Virus record (IMG/VR): IMGVR_UViG_2593339199_000003
Span: 1 to 64,000 of that record
Source: a virus
Lineage: Duplodnaviria > Caudoviricetes
DNA length: 64,000 nt
Reading direction: 5' to 3' (one strand)
Part shown: positions 54,401 through 62,600 of the stretch, piece by piece
How positions within the stretch are numbered: position 1 is the stretch's first letter
Layout of the letters: every line of letters starts with the position of its first letter
Made by a program: the position numbers and the translations under genes
Notes under the pieces: generated by a model
Seen by the model: only the letters and a program-made list of their open reading frames with translations
What the model was told of the DNA's origin: nothing
Database searches by the model: none

Positions 54401-56647
54401 GTTCAGGTACTGGGTCATGTCGTAGACCGCATCGTAATTCGGATCCGGTACGCCCGGCAGCGTCTGCTGGTAGGCCGTATAATACTGGGCTGCAGAGACG
54501 CCGCGATTGCTGAGCAGGATGCGGCCGACGCCATTGCCGTCCGGTGCAGTAGCCTGCCACATTTGCTGGCGCTCCCAGGTGAACATATAATAGTGGTGCT
54601 CGTCTCTGACGCGGAACAAGAAGCCGATCACGTCATCGTCGTTGGAATCCTGGATCGAGACGACCGCCGAGAACTTGTAATCCGTCTTGCTAACATGCTC
54701 CCGGTTCCAATAGCCACTGACTTCTACCGCGTTCGTCACGAGTTTCAGCACATCGGACGAATTGTTATAGAACCATTTGTTCTTCGTGGCGCTGGTACCG
54801 ATGAAGTCCCAGCCAGTAAAGACGTCGAAGACCTTCGTTTGATTCTGCAAGGCAATCGAGTAATCCTGGAAGCAGCGGAACTGGCCGTGGTAGCTGAGCG
54901 TACTGGATATCTGACCTTCTCCGCTTGCTTCCCAGTTGAAGCTGAGCTCTGTCTTCTGCTTCTCGGGAATAATCGTGCATTGATGTGAGATCGGATTGTT
55001 CTTAATACGCACGTTTGGCTGCGCAGCTTCGCTCCAGTCGTCCGTCGTCAGGTTGCTCTTGGCCTGCGGCGCCTCGCTGCCGCTTGGGCCTACCTTCGTA
55101 TCGACGCTGCCGTTATCCGGGCTCGACGTTACCGTGTAGAGGATGTTGCCGTCTGCGTCTTCAATGGCGAAGGTGGCGTCGGCCGGCAACGACGGCATGT
55201 CCATCGGCAGGACCGTATTGATTAGGCTGCGCGCGCTCAGGAAGCCGGCGCCGGTGCGCATGCCGATCGACTTCCAGGCCTCCGAGTAATCCAGCGCCTC
55301 GTGCGCCAGAAGCGCTTCCGGATTGATTACCCAATCCGTGACATAGCCGAACGTGAGCCGGCGGGTGCTGCCCTCGTCATCTTGGAAGCTGGCTGTCAGT
55401 TTATAGTTAAAGATCTTCTTTACGCGCGGGTCGTATTCGGACTTCTGTGGCACTGTGATTTTATAGCCATCCTTGTCCGGGTACTCCTCAATCATGTAGA
55501 CTTCTTCGGTGTCATCTGCTGCTGCCAGCTGCTCCGAAGAGACTTCCTGATAGGCGCTTATGCCGTTGATGACTCGCAGCTTGCCTCCCTCGACATACAC
55601 CTTTCCGTCCTTGACGTTGATGGTATTGTCGTAAAGCTCCACGGCCTTGTTCACGCTTTTGAGCACTTCGTCCGAGACAACCTTATCTACATGATTGTAG
55701 CGGACCTTGTAGGTCTGCTCCTCGTCGGTGTTGAGCTGCAGATAAATCTTCGCCCAGTAGATTTTCGGATTGCCTTCCATCGCGCGGACATAGATCAGCG
55801 ACTTGATGCTGTCACCAAGCACGTTGCCATTCTCGTCCGTGATCTGAATCTGATTGCCGCGGTACCGAGTCACCTTGCCCGGTTCCCCCGGATCGCTATC
55901 GTAATGATACAGCAGCTCGAACTTGTAATAGAGTGCGGAGCTGATGCTCGCTTCATTGCGCAGAAAGCGCCGTGTGATGTTAACCTGGTTCGAGGGGAAC
56001 CGATCATACGGCGGACGCTTCACGATCGGCTGATCATCGGATATGATGTCGGCATACGAAAGGACGCCATTTTCGTCCGGCACAACCAGGCTTTCGATTT
56101 GCTCCATCGGTATAACGTTCTCATTGACGTAAGCCGTGTCGATGAATGAGACGTTTTCACTGCTGTTAATGCGCGGTGTATGCACGAAGGCCAGATTCAC
56201 ATCGCCCTCGGGCACCTGTTCTCCGACACGAAGCGCGAACGTGTTGTTCGGCAGCTTGCTGATGTACTCGTAGAGCTCGAGACCGTAACCAAGATTCATA
56301 TCGGGATGATAGTAAGCGATCGCCGTGCAGGCATCCGAGGTCGTTTCAAGCTTATGCTCGGCGCCGTCCCAGAAGGAGACAACGATATCCGGGCTGCCGG
56401 AGGAAGCCAAGTATTTGGTTACCTGAACATCTTCCCGCTGCAGGCCGTAGCTGCTTGCGTATTCCTGTATCAGCGGCTCGAACAGGTCGTGCATCGTTTT
56501 ATTTTCAGCCACAGTCTTGCTGGCTGTTGGGCGATTGAAGGTTTCATTGATGGAAAAGTTATCGGCCTCGTAATGAAAAGCATGCGCGAGAATTTCTTTA
56601 GATGGAACCGCAACGACGCAGCTGATGCGGTATGAAAACTGAATCAT
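51452..56647 (-). CDS. Giant putative virion protein with thrombospondin-C-like lectin domain and C-terminal CBM-like domain
   Basis: NDDDVIGFLFRVRDEHHYYMFTW..DNDYASGGYGL; NIIGNSEF..YVDYVKM; AAAGGAGG RBS. Confidence 0.8.
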   Translation of the reverse strand: MIQFSYRISCVVAVPSKEILAHAFHYEADNFSINETFNRPTASKTVAENKTMHDLFEPLIQEYASSYGLQREDVQVTKYLASSGSPDIVVSFWDGAEHKLETTSDACTAIAYYHPDMNLGYGLELYEYISKLPNNTFALRVGEQVPEGDVNLAFVHTPRINSSENVSFIDTAYVNENVIPMEQIESLVVPDENGVLSYADIISDDQPIVKRPPYDRFPSNQVNITRRFLRNEASISSALYYKFELLYHYDSDPGEPGKVTRYRGNQIQITDENGNVLGDSIKSLIYVRAMEGNPKIYWAKIYLQLNTDEEQTYKVRYNHVDKVVSDEVLKSVNKAVELYDNTINVKDGKVYVEGGKLRVINGISAYQEVSSEQLAAADDTEEVYMIEEYPDKDGYKITVPQKSEYDPRVKKIFNYKLTASFQDDEGSTRRLTFGYVTDWVINPEALLAHEALDYSEAWKSIGMRTGAGFLSARSLINTVLPMDMPSLPADATFAIEDADGNILYTVTSSPDNGSVDTKVGPSGSEAPQAKSNLTTDDWSEAAQPNVRIKNNPISHQCTIIPEKQKTELSFNWEASGEGQISSTLSYHGQFRCFQDYSIALQNQTKVFDVFTGWDFIGTSATKNKWFYNNSSDVLKLVTNAVEVSGYWNREHVSKTDYKFSAVVSIQDSNDDDVIGFLFRVRDEHHYYMFTWERQQMWQATAPDGNGVGRILLSNRGVSAAQYYTAYQQTLPGVPDPNYDAVYDMTQYLNNTGFGNKKTRIFKASPSSLPPYSDLAAPNCQYKSDNSGNSFTDITNPTTASNQGWNANETVKITVICQGNQMKVYISRDISDAALGTLVAEAIDNDYASGGYGLCNISQAGCAWSKMTFQELNLHREYTDWVDVNLTSNGEVKMMDDKPEDILKGKVEDYIKATYGTLFAYQPYPSAAVQFEKNPADLNVRIKDGYPYAQTNNYTAGGTEITPWKTSEHAINIKGTGKAYLMADGSMSYTLSPATLSKAAIPADVENFSWNRIWITGGDTVSLSIGPSNEVNAQANVPPIVPVGTPITWPQTADMIYKHEDVKSLGALFAEEGIYSKLGIPSDVPKDQVLLRIERGDISGRNKEFRVNYRWRYTLGSMEKFEVDQAYAGVNRMRLKNVLKPGSSDLLDGLVVDLAAWTNFEELEAVPILAIKLDDNRKIEVEKPKVAMSEMETQNWYVRVKNGRVKRRLQLPYFEAAEKVPQIYMSYPELISYAPRSAELTTEIVMDYTIPEYTNQSFYKRPVMLVERETPIILNEKTIQTRFTPIVLSSDVGISYLEVEALRINNSRKLRVADVDAKKGIIYLHDKIRDQDEVIVQYAYEEDWYTYRGFERKNETTGKTDFFHLDLNPSPGHKFTMAMRGLRRWVPGDMVAGDYTVEEHVSNELLVRQMHIYLRPTSIWVRQGTELTLIEGTSRTTGIFHTDEDFWFDPEDYYYDPSMLRIGKFTVQPNSTAKKDMIILDTRSRGGGLDEALSKAIIKSVNQESLYNWDIGYFDGEAYQENGVFIIRLPRSILRSPNNPDGFHESEIQAAVAKYKAYGNLPIIEYVDPEEEDLNIIGNSEFKGAKHITEYNEKLSSGVYFIDETDLGNGEDSILSLFNDAEYAITLPGTKLTKTKYRVDVKARLDPSASERLCGEIQIFSTAGLVGSIMLPAVEQGDWMVYTAEVELPADANQVNILVNHTIDQSTGLMYVDYVKMTPVLDTDEDLEVIEI

Positions 56648-56695
56648 AATGGATCCTCCTTTTGGGCCAATATGTAAAGAAAGCAATAGGGGGTG

Positions 56696-59600
56696 TTACG
56701 CCCCTATCACTTTTAGAAAGATAAAGTTACTCGATTCTTCCGCGCCCACAGTGCATGTTGCCGTTACCGCGAACACCCCTTGCTCTTGCGAGAGCCCCGA
56801 AATTGTAATCGAGGTCTGACCATAATCATCCGTCGTGGGAACGAAAGATCTTGTAACACCCTTCGTATCCTTATAAGCAACCCGAATTTGTTTGCCCGTC
56901 AGCACACCCCAGTTTTCATCCCGAAGCGTAATCGTGATGGTTGCCTCGTCATTCTGGCCGGCTAGCAGTACGGCTTTGCTGGTCTTCATTTCGAGGTAAA
57001 CTCGATTCGCCACGTTTGGCGCGTAGAAGCTCAGCTGCTCCATATTACTCAGATCAGCGCAGACGATCTGGTAGTTGGTGATATTGTCGCTCGGCATTAT
57101 TGGCTGATCGTACAGATAGACTTCGCCGGCCCGGTTCGTCTTGCCGGAGAACATCAGCTCGCCGTCGCGGTAGATGTCCACTTCCTTGTTCTGAATCGGG
57201 TTGTTGTATTTGTCGAGCGCTCGGCCTGTCACCAGAACCTTGCCCGTGCTGCCAGCTGGCAGCGACTTCGGCGAGATGCTGATCTCCAGCACCTTGGGAT
57301 CCTGATCCACCTTATTGGTCAGGCACAGGAAGCCGCGATGATTATGATTCAGGATTGGGTTAAACGAGACTTCCTCCGCCCGGTAGAACGGCGTGTCCTT
57401 CGCACCCTCATAGATAATCTCCATATCCTGCATCATGGTTGGATCGTAATTGTTGTGCAATACAATCCGTGCCACATCATTCTCTACATCATAGTTGTAA
57501 TCGACATAGAAACTATACAGCAGCTTATACCTGAACTCCATTATATCATCAAATCCCAAATTGTTCATGAACTCAATCGAAGAATTTTTAGGATTGAAGA
57601 TATATTGTGTTGAACTGATTGTAATGCCATTCAATGTGACAACCAGCGTGTCTGGATCGATAGCCTTGTACTGCAGGTAGTATTTCGCGTACCCGTTGCC
57701 GCTCATGGATTCGATGTTCTCGAGTGTCTGATTCACCCCGGTCAGCAAGCCTGCTGCGTTTCGGACCTCCTCGAAGAAGGCGACCTTACGTAGATTATTA
57801 CCCTCGTTGTCCCGGACGATGAATGCGGCGCCTTGCTGAGGCCGAGGGCTGATCAGGATCTGCTGATCCACCGGCGTCTTGACGAGTCGGATCTTCTCGG
57901 CGAACAGGTACTGCTCCTTCTCTTGGAAGTAGTAATAGCCGTTATGCAGCATCGGATTCCACGGCAGTGGAGCGGCACTGCGAACCTGCGCATTGATGGC
58001 GTAGCCGAGGAACGGCGCAAGCCGGCTGGATGGCACGATTTCCTTGGTTCCGCCTGGCTGCGTCCACTCCAGCTTCACCATTGCGCTTCCCGTGTTCTCG
58101 TAGTACGTTGCGCTGATTTCGTACCAGCGGCCGCCTTCGAGATTGATCGAGCCCGAGTTTGTGTCCGGCTCATCACGCCATGCGTCGATGACCTGCACCC
58201 TGTTCACCCAGAGCCTGAATCCATCGTCTGACGTCGAATGGAATTGATAGAGACCGGCAGTCGGCGCATAGATGTTGCCCCGCCAGCTGATGGCAAACCC
58301 ATCGCTTGGTGATCCGGACGCCGGCACCTGGATCGGTGCGATATATGGCTCCGGCAGATCCGGCGTATACACGTCGAGCGGCGCGTTCGGATCCAGGTAC
58401 GTCCGCGGAAGATGGCGATAATCGCTCCAGTCCGGTGCGTCCGGCGCGCTGGCCGGCTTCGTCGTGATCTCGGCGACAACCCTGCTCGTGCCGTCAATCG
58501 TCAGCGTGCCATGTGCGGCCGCCTTGTCGAAGCTGGTCTTTGTGATGCTGGCATCATTCATAATCTTGAACGAGCACGAGATGTCCGCTTCCGTCATCCC
58601 CGGATGTGCGGCAAGGAAATTGTTGATTTCCTGCAGGAACTCGTCATGGATGCTGATGTCCTTTACGATGACGGTCAGTGTCTTCGGCGAGTCCGTAATT
58701 GGCCGATCCACTTGTGCCGAAATCGTATGACGCTGGCCTGGGCTTTGCACGAACGTGTTCAGCAGCATCCGCGATGCCTTGAAGTCCCAGAAGTACGTTT
58801 TCGGTTGCGACGCGGTGACCGGCCCCCATGCTCCTTTCAGGATGGCATCCGGTGCGCTGTCGACGATGCTGAACTTCTCGGTGCCGTTCACCCAAACCGT
58901 AATCGAGCGGCCGACCAGCTTAACCTTGATTTCGTTTGTCTCGTCCGCGCCGAACGTCCATCCCTCATCGAGATGCGCCAACATAACTTTGGTGTACTGC
59001 AACTTGGCCACGCCGTACTGCGACGGGTTGAGGCAGATGTTGCGGTAGATGCCCATGCCCTTGGCGTCGGTTCCGCCGACCATATTGCGCGACCAGTATG
59101 CGTCCATCTCGAACGAGTAGAAGTTCAGTGTGCCCGGGTCGAATCGGAAGATGGCGCCGTACATGTCGTCATCCCCGGAGGCTACTTCCTGCACCTTGAA
59201 GCTAAAGGTATAATCGGTGAAGTCCCGATGGTTCGGATTGAAGAACCCCGAACGGTAGCTTTGGTTGGCCAGGTTTGTCACCTTGCTGTATCCATCTTCC
59301 GGAGGTCCATGCCAATCCCCCACGTCCGCGCCAACATTTTCATCGAACTTGATCCATTCCCCGGTGAAGTTCGAGATGTCGATCACTTCATCGGACGGAT
59401 AGCTAATGTCCAGATCGACGTTCAGATTAAAGGACATCTGGTCTAGGATCACCGATTGGCTCGTGAAGGCTGCGGCATTTGTGCCGACCGGCTCCGTACT
59501 GACGAATGGCGATTGGCTGCCCCAGTTGAAATCGATGCGAGCATCGACGCGAGAGAACTGAACATCGCCCAGGTAATTCGCCTTGCTCGGATCGAAGCTT

Positions 59601-62600
59601 CCCGTGACCTCATAGGATTGAACATGAATCCAGTCCTTCGGATTCAGCATGCTGCGGTCCACGACAAGCGTGCGGCCGCTCAGGCTGTACTTGCTCGGAT
59701 CGAGCTTCACGCCGTTCAGGTAAACCGTGACTCCAAGGCCCGGATCCTGCGTCAACTCGAACAGGTTGGTGATGCTGCCCGTCGCATAACGCACCTTCAC
59801 GTCCCCTGGCGTCACATACGAGCCATGCAGCTGGAACTGCTGGCCATCAACCGTGTAGCCTTCCGTCGAGCTCTGCGGGATCTCAACGCCATTGCGCTGC
59901 ACGGATAGAATCGTGAATGGCTGCAGGTCGTTGAAGCTGAACGTGCTCTGCATCGGTAGCTCGTCGATCTGATAGCCGCCAGCGGTGTAGTTGATATCCA
60001 GCAGGTCGGTCTTCAGCAATACCGGCCCAAGCGTAATCCGCTTGTCATCAACCACGAAGTCCGTGATGGAAATGCCGTTCACTTTGATCTGCACATTCCA
60101 TGGGTCTGCGGCAAAGTCCGTATAAAACTGCTGCTGCACGGTATTGCCGATGTTGCTTGTGATCGCGTAATCGGTATCCGTGATCCCTTGGTTATAGACC
60201 TCCACCATCCAAGAGCCTTCGATTGGCCGCGTAAACGTCATGAGCTCATACACATCCGCGCCGCCGCTGTAGTCGTACTTGGAGGCAGCCGTGATTAAGT
60301 TGCCGTTCTCGAAGATCGTCTTGCTGATGGCTGTCTGCGCCCAGGTGCCGTTATTGGCGGTGATGCCAAATGTCTCGCCGTTTGGCGCATGCACGATCAT
60401 GTCCGGGAACGTGTCTCCCGTATTCTGCATGAAGGACGTCAGAATCTTGAGCGAGCTCTCCCCTGCCGGCACGTAGATCGTGTGTGCGGTCTTCTGCTCC
60501 GTCGCTGCTGCGCGCCCACGGACTGCGGCCTGGCCTGCCAGGAATACTTCGCGCGCCGGCTCGCCGTCTTCTCTGTGAGCTGCGACTGCCTCCTGCACGG
60601 TGAATAGCTGCTCCTTTACATGGTAGTCGCCGCCGACGACGAATGATTCCTTGAGGATCTTCGTCTGAAGCGGGTACCGGTAATAGGTGCCGAGCAGGCC
60701 GCTGGTGTCGCCATCCTGCTTGTCGAGCCACACCGAAACAAATGGATTCGAGCTGATCGCTTCGATCTTCTCGATAAAGACGTTCTCATCATAATTCGGG
60801 TCGAGCATCGGGTTAATTGAGATCGTGTCGCCGATCGTTGTAACCGACTCATTGTCCGCGTAGAAGCTGCGCGGGTCTTCCACCCAGTCGGTGTACCAGT
60901 CGGTATACCATACGTAAGCATCCTGGTAATCGGACATGAAGTTCACGGTCTTCTTGAAGGTGTCATATTCAATGGTGACGTTCTCGTTATCCGTCTCGAT
61001 GAACGGCCCCTCAATGTGGGTCAGGTTCGGCGGCAGGAATACGGTGTCCGTTGGGACATCTACCATATTCGCTTTGCCGGCGCCGGAGCTGAAGAACGGA
61101 CGCTTGCCGTTGACCTTGCCCTGCCCGATATACTTACCGCTGATCCAAGGTACATACCGCGGATCCGCATCACATTTGATGACGACGCGATCGTTCTGCC
61201 GATCGGTGAACAGCAGCGGTTCGCTTGTAATCACGTTTACCGACGAGCTTGTGTTGCGTGTGGTCTGTCCCGGCTTCGATTCCCAATACATCCAGAGGAA
61301 GCTGAGCTTGCCGACCGGATACTTATGCAGCACGTAATGCACGTTGGCGTAGACGGCCGGCATTGGCGCTCCGGTATACGGATCGACATAATGCTCATGG
61401 TTTGGCGGTACGTCCACGTATGTGGGCTCGTCACTGTTGGCCACGCCTTCGTTCTTGATGTCGGCCGGGAACGTGCCTTGGTACCATTCGGTCGTCTTCA
61501 GCATGAGCACATCGGTCGGATCGTGATGCGTCGTCACCGTGCCAGCCTTCGCCCATTTCCATGCATGATGCGCCGGGTCGATAGTATATTCTCCGGAGTC
61601 CTGGAGCGTCAACGTGTACGTCGCCCACTTACCGCCGACGAACTCTTTCAGGTCACGAGCAGCCACCCAGCCGTCATACGCATAGACCGAATACTCGTAG
61701 GTCTTCTCCGTGATGACGTGTTCCGGATCGCCGTGCCAGAAGATCAGCTTCTTATTGTTCTCGAAGGCGAACTCCGTATCGCTCGATGCTGGCTTCACGA
61801 TCGTGTAGGTTGCCGTAATGGCATCCGGACTCAGATCGGCATGGCTTGCCAGGAAGTTGCTTTTCTCGGCCCGGAAGAAGTCATCGATATCCTCGAAGAC
61901 GACCGCGCCGCTCGTGTTATCGATGTTGTCCGGCGTCACCTCGAAGGTGCCTTTCTTGGTATAGGTGAACGACTGCGTGGTCCCGGCGTTCGGGCTGTTG
62001 AACGTCTTCACCGTGACTGGCTGACCGACGCCCGCGAATGCCGCACCCGCCGTGGAATCTTTCACCTCTGCCGAGATGCTGCCGATCGTATACGCCTTGC
62101 CGGTCACGCCCAGTTGCGCCATGCGTGCAAGCAGGTTGACCTTGATGTAGTCGGACGAGCTTGGATTAATCGTCTTTGGCGAAGGCGTAATCTCGTCGAA
62201 CTGTGCCCAGCCCGTTTGTGGTTCACGGCCGGTGAACTTGATCCAGTGCTTGACGCGGATCCCGTGGAACTCGACGGCTTGGGACCAGTTGCATGCGCCG
62301 AAAGCTCCGTTTTCCCAATCCGTATCAAACTCGAAGACCTTGGCGTATTCCTCAGTCAGGCTGTGTCGGACGAAAATTTCTGCATGCTTCCCCGTACAAC
62401 GTACTTTCATAGACTCCATCGTTTGGTAATCCCATCCGTTGCCGCCGCCCAGGTCGGTCGCGTTGACCTTGTACATCTTGCCATCCGTGACTTTGTAGAT
62501 GCGGCGGTGCTGCGTCTTCCAGCCGGTGCCGGTTTGATACGCACTCCAGAGCGAATCAGAGCTCAGGTAGTTTCGTGAGTACGCCATGTGATTGCCGTCA

